Shown here in pieces: positions 39,432-49,581 of a stretch of DNA of 64,000 nucleotides. The DNA comes from Alphaproteobacteria bacterium. Its GTDB lineage: Bacteria; Pseudomonadota; Alphaproteobacteria; GCA-2731375. Where the stretch lies: assembly GCA_965232515.1 (NCBI GenBank), contig CBDDPY010000002.1, forward strand, positions 3,360,001 through 3,424,000, given 5' to 3'. The position numbers were made by a program, and so were the translations under genes. The notes under the pieces were generated by a model. It was given only the letters and a program-made list of their open reading frames with translations. It was not told where the DNA came from and ran no database searches. Position 1 is the stretch's first letter, and every line of letters begins with the position of its first letter.

Positions 39432-39830
39432 TCAGGCGGCGCGATCCGCTTCCGGACCGTCCGGCGGACGCCGCCAGAATTCGACCGCCGCGGCGAATGC
39501 CGCGGCATGAAACGCCGACGCCCCGGTGTCCGAGCCGTCGTCGGTAAAGCGGCCGAGCCGCTGCGCGGCATCGAAGAAGCCCGGCGCCGGCAACCCCCCG
39601 CGGGCCTTGCTGACGACCAGCGCGGCAATGAACGGATGGCCGTTCGCCGCGTCATCCCGCATCGACTGTTCGAGCGCCGACGTGACCCGGTGGATCGTCA
39701 GCGGCGGCGCGAGCGCCAGGGCCTGGACCAGTGCCTGATAGGTAATCGGGGCGGCCGCCGCGGCGACGTTCCGCAGATGCGTCCGTACCCGCCGGGCCAA
39801 TGCCCGCGTTGCCGCCGCGGAATCCGGCAT
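39432..39830 (-). CDS. Hypothetical protein, possibly winged-helix-like
   Basis: Starts 2 nt after the MarR stop; PITYQAL, PFIAALVVSK.RGGLPAPGFF. Confidence 0.65.
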   Translation of the reverse strand: MPDSAAATRALARRVRTHLRNVAAAAAPITYQALVQALALAPPLTIHRVTSALEQSMRDDAANGHPFIAALVVSKARGGLPAPGFFDAAQRLGRFTDDGSDTGASAFHAAAFAAAVEFWRRPPDGPEADRAA

Positions 39831-39832
39831 CG

Positions 39833-40435
39833 CTACGCCGTGCCGACGCCGGTCGGTCGCGGCGGCGCCGTGCCGTCGGCCGCGAAGTTGATGCAGAGCT
39901 CGTCCAGTTCCGCCGCGAGCAGCGGTTCGTTCATAAAGCCGCAGGCATAGGTCGCCGGCCCGGCGCGACAGCAGCCGTCGCCTTCGAAATGCACGCAGTT
40001 TTCGCAAGTGCCGAACAGCGGCCTGTCCGTCTCGGCGGCGACGCGGCCAAGCATGCGCTGAAGGACCTGGGCAAAGTTGCCGCGCAGGCCGGGCGGCAGC
40101 GCGTCGGCCGCCCGCACCAGGGCCTCGATGGGATCGTCGGCGATCATGTCCCGGGCCCTGTCGGTCAGGTCCAGCCGCACGCTTCGGCCATCGGATTCGG
40201 ACCGGCTCTGCCGCAGGAAACCCTGCGCGACCAGGCTCTTGATCGCCTGGGAGGCGGTGCCGCGCGTGGTGCCGTGAAAGGCCGCGAACGCCGAGGGCGT
40301 GCGGGAAAAGCGGTTGGCGCGGGCGAAATACCTCAAAACGGCCCACTGGCCCGGCGTCAGACCGCCGACCAGGCCCTCGCCCGACGCGATCCGTCCGAGA
40401 TGCAGGATCAGCTCGGCGATGACTCGGCTGTCCAT
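39833..40435 (-). CDS. MarR family regulator with Cys-rich C-terminal domain
   Basis: LTPGQW.VLRY, TRGTASQ, DGRSV.L.LT; CENC...CC...C...C. Confidence 0.88.
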   Translation of the reverse strand: MDSRVIAELILHLGRIASGEGLVGGLTPGQWAVLRYFARANRFSRTPSAFAAFHGTTRGTASQAIKSLVAQGFLRQSRSESDGRSVRLDLTDRARDMIADDPIEALVRAADALPPGLRGNFAQVLQRMLGRVAAETDRPLFGTCENCVHFEGDGCCRAGPATYACGFMNEPLLAAELDELCINFAADGTAPPRPTGVGTA

Positions 40436-40470
40436 GTGGCGCTCCCTCTGCCCGTCCTATCCACGCAAGA

Positions 40471-40545
40471 TAGTAGCGCTTTCAAACTAACTTGACAAGA
40501 TTATGATTTCGATTTCATACTAAATTAGTTTGGTTTCGCTATCAG
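40471..40545. promoter_or_regulatory. Three related 19-bp operator-like sites in a divergent promoter
   Basis: 40471-40489, 40504-40522 and the reverse complement of 40527-40545 match pairwise at 13/19. Confidence 0.5.
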
Positions 40546-40575
40546 TTTGGCGATAGCAGCAAAGGGTGATACGAC

Positions 40576-41091
40576 ATGCAAATCAGCCCCAGCGCCTATA
40601 TGGGCGTCGAAACGCTGGTCCGTCTGGCGTCGCAGAACGCGGACAAACCCTGCACGACCCGTGGCCTTGCCGAATGGATCAATCGTTCGGTCTCGTATAC
40701 GGAGGGCCTGATGGCGCGGTTGCGCGACGCCGGCCTTGTCGTCGCCCGACATGGCCCCGGCGGCGGCTATCTGCTGGCCAGACCCGCCGATCGGATCACC
40801 GTGGCGGAAATCCTGCAGGCCGTCGACGCGCCGGCAAGCCCGTCCGAGCGGCCCCTGAATGCGACGACGCTGGAAGCGGTCGAGATCCACAATTTGCACG
40901 GCACCGACTTTCTCTGGGCAGCGCTGAAGAGCAACGTCCTGCTGTTCCTGAACCGCGTCTCGCTGGCCGAGCTCGCGCCGGAGACGGCCGCGCTGGTCAA
41001 CGATCGCCAGCCCGACGGCGCGCCGTCTTCCGCGGCGGACGGGCGCAGGACGGCGCCGCGCCGGCCGGATTCCGAACACCCATCCGCATGA
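40576..41091 (+). CDS. Rrf2 family regulator lacking the Cys triad
   Basis: SVSYTEGLM..LRDAGLV..HGPGGGYLLAR..ITVAEIL.AVD. Confidence 0.9.
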   Translation: MQISPSAYMGVETLVRLASQNADKPCTTRGLAEWINRSVSYTEGLMARLRDAGLVVARHGPGGGYLLARPADRITVAEILQAVDAPASPSERPLNATTLEAVEIHNLHGTDFLWAALKSNVLLFLNRVSLAELAPETAALVNDRQPDGAPSSAADGRRTAPRRPDSEHPSA

Positions 41092-41109
41092 TCACGGGAG
41101 ATGCGCTGA

Positions 41110-41445
41110 ATGAACCAGTCTCAGGCTTTGCAGCAGATCGGCACGGCGGTTTCGCAGAACGACGTCGTGCTGTTCATGAAGGGCACGCCGCGGTTTCCGC
41201 AATGCGGCTTCTCGGCCATGGTCGCCGCGACCCTGTCTCAGCTCCAAGTGCCGTTCGTCGGCATGAATGTGCTCGATGACGATGCGCTGCGCCAGGGCGT
41301 CAAGGCGTATGCGAACTGGCCGACGATCCCGCAGCTCTATGTGAAAGGCGAGTTTGTCGGCGGCTGCGATATCGTCCGGGAGATGCACGAAAGCGGTGAG
41401 CTCGAACAGCTCCTGCGGGACAAGGGCCTGCTGCCGGCGGCGTGA
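41110..41445 (+). CDS. grxD: Monothiol glutaredoxin
   Basis: [31 protein letters not shown]. Confidence 0.96.
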   Translation: MNQSQALQQIGTAVSQNDVVLFMKGTPRFPQCGFSAMVAATLSQLQVPFVGMNVLDDDALRQGVKAYANWPTIPQLYVKGEFVGGCDIVREMHESGELEQLLRDKGLLPAA

Positions 41446-41491
41446 CGTCGCGCGACGCCGTTCGCCCGGGAACGCCGTTCGGAGATGCATC

Positions 41492-41821
41492 ATGACCTAT
41501 GTGGTGACGGAAGCCTGCATCAAGTGCAAGTACATGGACTGTGTCGAGGTCTGTCCGGTCGATTGCTTCTACGAAGGCGAGAACATGCTCGTCATTCACC
41601 CCGACGAATGCATCGACTGCGGCGTCTGCGAGCCGGAATGCCCGGCCGAGGCCATCCTGCCGGATACCGATCAAGGCGCCGAGGCCTGGCTCGAACTCAA
41701 CCGCGACTATTCGGCCCAATGGCCGAACATCGCCCAGAAAGGCGACACCCCGCCGGACGCCGATGCCTATCAGGGCGTCGCCGACAAGTTCGAGCGATAT
41801 TTCAGCCCGAAGCCCGGGTGA
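41492..41821 (+). CDS. fdxA: Dicluster ferredoxin FdxA
   Basis: [38 protein letters not shown]. Confidence 0.96.
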   Translation: MTYVVTEACIKCKYMDCVEVCPVDCFYEGENMLVIHPDECIDCGVCEPECPAEAILPDTDQGAEAWLELNRDYSAQWPNIAQKGDTPPDADAYQGVADKFERYFSPKPG

Positions 41822-41840
41822 CGGCGTTTCTCCGACGGCG

Positions 41841-42221
41841 TCAGCGCTTGTTGTTCTGCGCGGCTTTCCAGGCGGCAAAGCCGCCGGCGAGCGAGGCCGC
41901 GTCGCGGTAGCCCATGTCGAGCAGGGTCTTGGCCGCCAGCGCCGAGCGGCCGCCGGTGCCGCAATAGCAGATGATCCGGCATTCCGGCTTCAGCTCCGGG
42001 TTGTAGGCCGGGCTCTCGGGATCGGCCTGGAACTCGAGCAGCCCGCGCGAGGCGTGGATCGAGCCCGGGATCACGCCGTGCTCCTCGCGCTCCCAGGCGT
42101 CGCGCACGTCGACCAGGATGGTGTCGGGATCTTCCTGGTGATAAGGCAGGTCCGGCACCGAGACCGTCTCGATGGCGGCATTCGCCTCGGCCAGCAAGGC
42201 CTTGAATCCCTTTTTCAGCAT
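41841..42221 (-). CDS. Rhodanese-like protein
   Basis: VDVRD, RGLLEF, YCGTGGRS, LAGGFAAW. Confidence 0.9.
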   Translation of the reverse strand: MLKKGFKALLAEANAAIETVSVPDLPYHQEDPDTILVDVRDAWEREEHGVIPGSIHASRGLLEFQADPESPAYNPELKPECRIICYCGTGGRSALAAKTLLDMGYRDAASLAGGFAAWKAAQNNKR

Positions 42222-42500
42222 GCACGCCTCCCCGTTCCAGTCCATCACGATACGCGGACCCATATCGGCCAAACTTGATTTCGGTCAAGCCGTCGCTGGC
42301 CGCAGACGCCAGCGCTGTCGCGCGTCGTTGAGGGGATACAAGATCAGGACTCGCTCCTGCACAACCATGGTGTGTTAACGTCTCAAGAAGTCTGCCGAAA
42401 ACTGGGGATCGGTTGATGGACCGTATTGCAGGTGAGTTGGCGAACCCACGCCCGGACTCACGACGCTTTCGTCGTTCTAACGTCCCGTGAAAGCGAATTC

Positions 42501-43241
42501 ATGGCTGGCGGTTCTGGCGACGTTTTTTATCCAAGCATTTATCGTCGAATTCAGGCGGCCCTCGTCGACAGCATCATCTTCGCCACGGCGTTCTTCGGTA
42601 GCGCCATCGCAATTGCATCCGTCGACCTCCACGGGATCGTGAAGGCTGGCATCGTCGCCTTCCTGATATTTCTGCTGGAGCCTGTGCTGGTTTCGACCAC
42701 AGGCGCCACGATCGGACATCGGATTTTCGGCATTCGGGTTCAAAACGCGCGGCACGGCGGCAACCTCGACATCTTTCGTGCCACGCTGCGTTTCGTGGTC
42801 AAAGCGCTGTTTGGCCTACCCTCATTCCTTTGGGTCTTGATGACGAAACGTCATCAAGCCTTCCATGACCTGATGTCCCATTCCGTGGTGACGTTCAAAG
42901 ATGCCGGGAACATCGACGAACGACATCTGCGCAGAGACCGTTCCATCGAAGAGAGCGACTATCTCTATCCATCAAGAACGCGGCGGGTGGTCGTCATCGT
43001 TCTTTACGTCGTGCTTAGCCGAATTGTCATGGGTGCCGGTATCGGCGCGTTCGTTTCCGGTGCTTGTGTCAGGTTGAGCAATTGCGATCCAACGGACAAC
43101 GCCATCCTTATCGGGTCGGAGTTGGCCTGGCTCGTTCTGCTTGTGGTTTTCCTCGTCGCCGGCTGGCGTGGAAGATTGATTGGCGCCAGGCGGCGATTGA
43201 GAGACGATGGTCCGGCCGCTTCGAATTCAGGCAGCGAATGA
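42501..43241 (+). CDS. RDD family membrane protein
   Basis: RRIQAALVD, GATIG, RHQAFHD; visibly lower GC than its neighbours. Confidence 0.8.
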   Translation: MAGGSGDVFYPSIYRRIQAALVDSIIFATAFFGSAIAIASVDLHGIVKAGIVAFLIFLLEPVLVSTTGATIGHRIFGIRVQNARHGGNLDIFRATLRFVVKALFGLPSFLWVLMTKRHQAFHDLMSHSVVTFKDAGNIDERHLRRDRSIEESDYLYPSRTRRVVVIVLYVVLSRIVMGAGIGAFVSGACVRLSNCDPTDNAILIGSELAWLVLLVVFLVAGWRGRLIGARRRLRDDGPAASNSGSE

Positions 43242-43366
43242 CCTTCGCCTAACTGGATCGTCGGCGAAAAACGTCGCGACGATCGGACAAAGCACCCGCC
43301 AATGCGCCTGAGCCGTGGCGGGTGCTGGTCAGCACCATCCGGATTCAGATACCGCCCAACGACGGC

Positions 43367-44158
43367 TCAACGGAAGTCGAAGCCGAGTTCGTGGAGCTGG
43401 GCGCGCAAGCTGTCGCGAAGCTGGGGCACGAATTTCTTGTCCATTTCGTCGCTCCAGGAGTCGGGCGTGGTCGGCTTGCCGACAGACCCGTAGTGCGCGG
43501 CGAGCGCGGCGTCGTAATCGGCCACCTCCTCTACCATGGTGCGGTTGCCGCGGAGCGCACCGTAGCGGTCTTCGTGCACCATGGCGCCGTATTCCATGCG
43601 CGGCTTCTGCTTCGGCGCCTCCGCGGGCCAGCCGAGGCACATGCCGAAAACGCAATAAACCCGGTGCGGCAGGCCGAGCGCGCGCGCGGTGGCGACGGCG
43701 TCGTTGCGCACGGCGCCGATCATCACGCCCTTGAGGCCCAGTGAGTCCGCGGCGAGATAGGCCGACATGCCGACGAGCGCCGCGTCGATGCTGGACACGA
43801 GGCCGATCTCGAGGTTGTTGTCGGCGATGTCGTGGCCGTGCCGCTTGGTCGCATATTCAATCCGGGTCAGATCGGCACAGAACGCAAGAAACACGGGTGC
43901 TTCAAGAATATGCGGCTGATTTCCGGTAATTGGATGGATTTGCCGTTTTATTTCCGGATCGCGAACCACAATCACGCTGTAGGCCTGGATGTTCGACGAG
44001 GTCGGCGCGCGGAAGGCGGCGCCGAGAATGGCGTCGACCGTTTCGGGCGCCACCGGCCGGTCGGTGAACTTGCGCACGCTGACGCGGTTCAGCAGCGTTT
44101 CGATGGTGTCGCTGGTTGTCGGGGCGTCGGCGGACGGGACGGCTTGTTGCTCTTGCAT
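43367..44158 (-). CDS. Nitroreductase, NfsA/FRP-like
   Basis: RVSVRKF, APTSSNIQAYS, IGAVRN, KPR. Confidence 0.9.
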   Translation of the reverse strand: MQEQQAVPSADAPTTSDTIETLLNRVSVRKFTDRPVAPETVDAILGAAFRAPTSSNIQAYSVIVVRDPEIKRQIHPITGNQPHILEAPVFLAFCADLTRIEYATKRHGHDIADNNLEIGLVSSIDAALVGMSAYLAADSLGLKGVMIGAVRNDAVATARALGLPHRVYCVFGMCLGWPAEAPKQKPRMEYGAMVHEDRYGALRGNRTMVEEVADYDAALAAHYGSVGKPTTPDSWSDEMDKKFVPQLRDSLRAQLHELGFDFR

Positions 44159-44438
44159 ACCGGGGACGGTCTCCTGGCAAAATGTCTGGGGGTGTCAGAG
44201 ATTGGCGCATCTGCGAGGTTAGATGACCCTTACATGTACTGCTAACCGTATGTCGACGACGTCGGCATGGAACTTCGTTTGTCGCCGAGGCGGCCACCTC
44301 CACGGAAAGCGTTGTTGTTCGGCTGATTTTTTCGATCGGCAGGCGCAGAATTCGCGAATTCAAATTCTACAAGCGACAATCCGCAGATGTTAGACAGCTG
44401 GATCTGAAAAGCCCGTCGGTGATGGGTAGGGTGTATCC

Positions 44439-45380
44439 TTGAGCTTCGATCTATTGCTTCATGCGCGAAACGGCGAACGCACAACGCCGGAAGCTCTGGA
44501 GCTATGGTTTTCCGCGCAACCGAACTATGACGTTGGGCATGGTCAGGCGGTCTATGAGAATGAGTGGACGGATGTCCATTTCATTTTCGAATTCACACAA
44601 GAAACCTACCTGGAAGACCAGCCACCACCTGATCTGATCCTGTTGCTCAATTTCGCCCGCCCGTCGCCGTTCGCTCGCGAGGCCGCGATCGAGGTGAGTA
44701 AGGTTGTCGAGCAGTTCGACTTCGACGTCACCGATCCTCAACTAAATGACCCGACACGCGCCACGTGGAATCCGGAGGACTTCATTTCCTCATATCACCG
44801 TCACGCGGCAGGCGCCGCTCGCATGCTCATTCAACAATCGGACACCCTGGGGCAGGTGGGCCATTTGCGGCTGCCGCAACGTGTCCTGAACGACATTTGG
44901 TCATGGAACCACAAAGCACCGGAACGCCAGTCATGGCTCAGACGGACCGGCCGCGATTTGTTCTTGCCAACCCAGATGATCTTTTCGGTTGGCGGCAATC
45001 TATATGATGCGGTGGTTTGGACGGACGTCATTCCCTCGTTGCTACCGCCGGCGAGCCACATTCTGCTCCACCGGTCCGAACTCGCTCCAAGACGCCTACC
45101 GCTGCTCAAAAGACGCGAGACGTATGAGTTGATCCCAAGATCGATGCTCAACGGTCTGCTCTCGGAATTCTACGATCCGGTACCGGAGATCCCCGGCGCA
45201 ATCTGGCCGCCAAATGACAACCGAAATGGTTCGCTCGAAGCGGCGCTGAAGAGCCGTGCCGTCGGGTCCGGGGCGCTGAACAAGACGCTGTATGCCGACG
45301 AACTGGACGGTGTGCCGGAGGACGATCGTCTCAACATCGTCCCGTTCAGTTCAGTCTTGGATGAGGCGTTTTTCGACTAG
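44439..45380 (+). CDS. Hypothetical protein with atypical composition
   Basis: 313-aa ORF, TTG start, lower GC; no recognised family. Confidence 0.6.
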   Translation: MSFDLLLHARNGERTTPEALELWFSAQPNYDVGHGQAVYENEWTDVHFIFEFTQETYLEDQPPPDLILLLNFARPSPFAREAAIEVSKVVEQFDFDVTDPQLNDPTRATWNPEDFISSYHRHAAGAARMLIQQSDTLGQVGHLRLPQRVLNDIWSWNHKAPERQSWLRRTGRDLFLPTQMIFSVGGNLYDAVVWTDVIPSLLPPASHILLHRSELAPRRLPLLKRRETYELIPRSMLNGLLSEFYDPVPEIPGAIWPPNDNRNGSLEAALKSRAVGSGALNKTLYADELDGVPEDDRLNIVPFSSVLDEAFFD

Positions 45381-45569
45381 GGCATCCGGACGGCAAGGAG
45401 CTTCCGTACACCGGACGGGAGGGTTGCCGCCATGACGGTCCGGGACCTGCAAAGAAATCGGGGTCAGGCGCTGCAATCAAGCAACGCGCAATTTTAATGT
45501 CATCGAGCCTTCGCCTGGACTTTATGCGCACAAGACCTGACACCATTTCGTGAAGCGTGGCGGATCAGA

Positions 45570-46217
45570 TCAGGCCGGCGCGACGCGGCGCATGGTGACG
45601 CGGGGCGTCCAGGTGCGCGGCAGGTCGGCGGGGGGTTTGCGGATCACCTTGAAGCCGGCGCGGCGGAACATGGGCTCGGTGCCGAAATAGGCGTTGTCAT
45701 CGCCGGTACGGGCGGCCCCCGCGCGCGGATAGGCTTCGACCGCGGGCGCGCCCTTCTCGAAGGCATAGTCGGCCGCCGCGCGAATCAGCGCCACGGCGAT
45801 GCCGCGGCCGCGTTCGGCCTTGCGCACGGTGACGCAGGGGATGACCCAGACGTCGACGTCGTCGACCCGCGGCGTCGCCCGCGAGCGGTCGACGCGCCCG
45901 AGCTCGCCCCGCGGCGCAACGGCGATCCAGCCCACAGGGTCGTCGCCGTAGAAGGCGATGAGTCCCGGTGCCCGACTACGACGGCGGGCGAGGCTGGTCA
46001 GGGCATCGCGCCGGCGCTGGTTTAGCGACCCCTCGCCCGGCAGGTCGCGCGTCTCGGCGTCGCTAAGGCGCGGATACATGCACCAGCACCCCCGCCCCCA
46101 ACTGCCAGCAAGCACCGTGCCTAAGGCATCCATCAGCCGCGGCGTCAGCGGTCGCATGTCGAGTGGCGGTGGTGATGTCGTCTCGCGGTTCTTCGCCTTC
46201 CGCGATGTCGTCGGCAT
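45570..46217 (-). CDS. GNAT family acetyltransferase
   Basis: CWCM, PVGW..VAPR, RGRGIA, VEAYP, F.RAGF. Confidence 0.88.
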   Translation of the reverse strand: MPTTSRKAKNRETTSPPPLDMRPLTPRLMDALGTVLAGSWGRGCWCMYPRLSDAETRDLPGEGSLNQRRRDALTSLARRRSRAPGLIAFYGDDPVGWIAVAPRGELGRVDRSRATPRVDDVDVWVIPCVTVRKAERGRGIAVALIRAAADYAFEKGAPAVEAYPRAGAARTGDDNAYFGTEPMFRRAGFKVIRKPPADLPRTWTPRVTMRRVAPA

Positions 46218-46368
46218 TATTCCCTCCAGGTGACCCCTTCATCGCCAGATCGGCGATTGAACGTAAACCGGATTGTCTGAGCGCAGCGCTGGCCAGGCTT
46301 GAATTGCTGCGGCTGACTATATCCAGGTCATTGACACCCAATCATACCCATGATCACTTCGCCGGATC

Positions 46369-46665
46369 ATGAAGGAGAAGCTGGAAACAGTGCTCGAAAA
46401 CATCTGCGATGAAGCCTCGTTCATTGCATTCCTGTCGGCACTTTCGGAGGACTGGAACGAAGAGCAGCGAATTGAAGCCACTCAACCGAGTTCGCCTTAT
46501 GGCCGGGGCGCGAATGGCTGGGAGAACGGATCAATTGGTTCGTTTCTCGAAGCCGCGAGCGCATACGGCCAGGCTCACCTGAGCAATCCGGCTTCTCGGC
46601 TTAAGCACAACAATCCCTGGCGACAGGCGGCAGAAATTATCTATTCGGGGAAGTTCTACGAATAA
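46369..46665 (+). CDS. Small conserved-looking protein, possibly immunity-like
   Basis: WENGSIGSFLEA...NPWRQAAEIIYSGKFYE; lower GC. Confidence 0.6.
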   Translation: MKEKLETVLENICDEASFIAFLSALSEDWNEEQRIEATQPSSPYGRGANGWENGSIGSFLEAASAYGQAHLSNPASRLKHNNPWRQAAEIIYSGKFYE

Positions 46666-46772
46666 CGGTCTTATGCAGCCGGCAAGGAATCAAAGAGCCA
46701 AACAAGCTGTCGAAGCGACAGTTCTGAAGATATTGCAGTTGCTTTCGAACGCATCTCGGCGAAATCTAGAAA

Positions 46773-47147
46773 ATGGCCCGGACGTTGTACAGCTTCAAAC
46801 TCAGGAGGCACGTGCCTCTGCTCACCGACGAAGAATACGAGAGGGTGTCGGTTCATCTGCAAGGGCGCATCTCCGCCGTGATGCGGTACCGGAAGGTACA
46901 TGGCTGCTCGTTGGAAGAAGCGCTATTGCGCGTACCCGAAAGCGTCCGGGCTCTTGATGCGTACGAGGACATAACGGGCCACAGATTGGATCATCCCGAT
47001 CAACTGTATGCCGTGCGCCTCTCAGAGTATGGCCGCCCCTGCCCGGCGTGCGAGCGACCGTACAGGACGCCAAGAGCGAAATTATGCGCTGAGTGCGGGT
47101 TTCGGTTGCCGAAAAACGAAGTCGCCGGACCGGCCACTCAACAGTAG
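46773..47147 (+). CDS. Hypothetical protein with C-terminal zinc ribbon
   Basis: YGRPCPACERPYRTPRAKLCAECG. Confidence 0.65.
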   Translation: MARTLYSFKLRRHVPLLTDEEYERVSVHLQGRISAVMRYRKVHGCSLEEALLRVPESVRALDAYEDITGHRLDHPDQLYAVRLSEYGRPCPACERPYRTPRAKLCAECGFRLPKNEVAGPATQQ

Positions 47148-47160
47148 AGCATGCCGGCTC

Positions 47161-48675
47161 TCAACCTTCGTCCATGAAGTCGACGGTTGCCGGTGTCGGG
47201 TCGGGTGGGGGGCGGCGGATTCTTGTGGTCTGTTCGTAGGCGTGGGCGAGCCGGAACAGAGTGGCTTCCTGGAAGGCCGAGGCGAAGAAGGAGAGGCCGA
47301 CGGGGAGGCCGTGGAGGTAGCCGGCGGGAACGGTGATGTGGGGATAGCCGGCGACGGCGGGGACCTGGGCGGCGGCGATCGAGCGATTGTCGCCGTTGAC
47401 CCAGTCGATGAGCCACGGCGCCGAGGTGGTGGGCGCCACCAGCGCGTCGAGGCCGTGGGCGGCTAGCGCGGCGTCGATGCCCTCCTCCCGGCTGAGGCGC
47501 CGGGCGGTGGCGACGGCCTCGCGGTAGGCGGGCTCGGTGAGCGGGCCCTTGGCGGCGGCGCGGTGCATGCGGTCCTGGCCGAAATAGGGCATAGCGCGCT
47601 CGGCGTTGGCTTCGTTGAAGGCGATGACGTCGTCGAGCGAGCGCACCGGCACATCGCCGCCGCGGCCGGCCAGGTAGGCGTCGAGGTCGGCCTTGAACTC
47701 GTAGCTCATGAGCTCGGCCTCGGCGACCGTCAGCCGGGGCAGGTCGGCATAGTCGACCGGGTCGATCAGCTCGGCCCCGGCCTCGCGCAAGGCGGCGAGT
47801 GACGTTTCGAAAATGCGGTCGACGCCGGCCTGCAGGCTGCAGTAGGCGCGGACGACGCCGATGCGCGCGCCCTGAAGGCCGCCCGACGTCAGCGCGGCCA
47901 TGTAGTCGACCGGCCAGCCGCTGGCGGCCTCGGTCGCCGGGTCGGCCGGATCGGGGCCGGCGATGGCGGCGAGCAGCACGGCCGCATCGGCGACCGAGCG
48001 CGTCATCGGGCCCGCCGTGTCCTGGCTGTGGGCGATGGGCACGATGCCGCTGCGGCTGACCAGACCGATGGTGGGCTTCATGCCGACGATGCCGTTCATG
48101 GCCGCGGGACCGACGACCGAGCCGTCGGTCTCGGTGCCGATGGCGGCGGCGCAGAAGCCGCAGGCCGTGGCGACGGCCGAGCCCGAGCTGGAACCGCCCG
48201 GCGTGCGGTCGAGCGCGTAGGCGTTGCGGGTCTGCCCGCCCCGGCTGCTCCAGCCGCTGGACGATTGCATGCTGCGGAAGTTGGCCCATTCGCTCAAGTT
48301 GCTCTTGGCGATAATGACGGCGCCGGCTTCGCGCAGGCGCTCGACCACGTAGGCGTCAGCCGCCGCACGCGTGCCCTCCAGCGCGATGGAGCCGGCCGTG
48401 GTGGTCATTCGATCCGATGTGTCGATGTTGTCCTTCACGACGATCGGCAGGCCGTGCAGCGGGCCGCGCACCCGGCCGTCGGCGCGCTCGGCATCGAGAC
48501 CGGCGGCGATCGCCAGCGCATCCGGATTGCGCTCGATGATGGCGTTGACGCCGCCGTCGCGCGCGTCCATGCGCGCGAAACACAGCTCGGCCAGCGCGAC
48601 GGCGGTGAGGTCGCCGCCGGTGAGGTGCGCCTGCAGCTCGGCGAGCGTGGCGGTGTCGAGGGCGATGTCGGGCAT
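47161..48675 (-). CDS. Amidase (amidase-signature family)
   Basis: VKDNID, GGSSSGS, GTETDGS. Confidence 0.94.
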   Translation of the reverse strand: MPDIALDTATLAELQAHLTGGDLTAVALAELCFARMDARDGGVNAIIERNPDALAIAAGLDAERADGRVRGPLHGLPIVVKDNIDTSDRMTTTAGSIALEGTRAAADAYVVERLREAGAVIIAKSNLSEWANFRSMQSSSGWSSRGGQTRNAYALDRTPGGSSSGSAVATACGFCAAAIGTETDGSVVGPAAMNGIVGMKPTIGLVSRSGIVPIAHSQDTAGPMTRSVADAAVLLAAIAGPDPADPATEAASGWPVDYMAALTSGGLQGARIGVVRAYCSLQAGVDRIFETSLAALREAGAELIDPVDYADLPRLTVAEAELMSYEFKADLDAYLAGRGGDVPVRSLDDVIAFNEANAERAMPYFGQDRMHRAAAKGPLTEPAYREAVATARRLSREEGIDAALAAHGLDALVAPTTSAPWLIDWVNGDNRSIAAAQVPAVAGYPHITVPAGYLHGLPVGLSFFASAFQEATLFRLAHAYEQTTRIRRPPPDPTPATVDFMDEG

Positions 48676-48678
48676 AGT

Positions 48679-49575
48679 TCAGGTCACGTCCTTGGTTTCG
48701 CGAACGTCCAGTAGATCACGCAGGCTGTCGCCAAGGAAATTGATGCTGAGCACGGTGAGCATGATGGCGACGCCGGGGAACACGCCGAGCCACCAGGCAC
48801 GCGAAATGAAGCTGCGGGATTCGGCCAGGATCAGGCCCCAGGTCGGGGTCGAGGCCTCGACGCCGAGGCCGAGGAACGACAGCCCGGCCTCGGCCAGGAT
48901 GGCGTAGGACACGCTGACCGTCGCCTGGACGATGATCGGCGCCGTGGCGTTCGGCAGGATGTGCCGCCACATGATGCGGACGTCGGACGCGCCGACCGTG
49001 CGCGCGGCATCGACATACTGCTCGGCCTTGATGGTCAGCACCATGCCGCGGGCGATGCGGGCGAAATCGTCGACGAACGCGAGCGCAATGGCGACGATCA
49101 CGTTGGCAAGGCCGGTGCCGAACACGGCGACCAGATAGACCGCGATGATGAAGTTCGGAAACGCCCATTGCAGGTCGATGTAGCGCATGATGATGGTGTC
49201 GATGAAACCGCCGTAATAGCCGGCGGCAACACCCAGGATCAGGCCGGCGACGAGCGCGATCAGCACCGTCGAGACGCCCACGAAGAGCGACACCTGCGCG
49301 CCATAAATCAGCCGGCTGAGCAGGTCGCGGCCGAGATCGTCCGTACCCAGCGGGTGCGCCAGCGACGGCGCGCCGATCATGTCGTATTCCATGTCGTTGG
49401 GATCGAACGGCGCGATCAGCGGCGCGGCGATCGCCGCAAACGTGAACAGGCCGAGGATGATCAGGCCGACGAGCGCCTTCTTGTCGCGCAGGATGTAGCG
49501 CCACCAGAGCTGGCCGCGGCTCAAAGGTTTGGGCGCGGCGAAATCGGCGGCGGCGATTGTGTCGGTCTTGCTCAT
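48679..49575 (-). CDS. Peptide/nickel ABC permease (DppC-like)
   Basis: HPLGTDDLGRD, HILPN, LSFLGLG. Confidence 0.94.
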   Translation of the reverse strand: MSKTDTIAAADFAAPKPLSRGQLWWRYILRDKKALVGLIILGLFTFAAIAAPLIAPFDPNDMEYDMIGAPSLAHPLGTDDLGRDLLSRLIYGAQVSLFVGVSTVLIALVAGLILGVAAGYYGGFIDTIIMRYIDLQWAFPNFIIAVYLVAVFGTGLANVIVAIALAFVDDFARIARGMVLTIKAEQYVDAARTVGASDVRIMWRHILPNATAPIIVQATVSVSYAILAEAGLSFLGLGVEASTPTWGLILAESRSFISRAWWLGVFPGVAIMLTVLSINFLGDSLRDLLDVRETKDVT

Positions 49576-49581
49576 GGCCGC

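Noticed and set aside
43241-44400. Integron attC-like heptamers (GCCTAAC, GTTAGAT, GTTAGAC)
   Set aside because: No paired R/L boxes forming a hairpin at proper spacing and no integrase in the window
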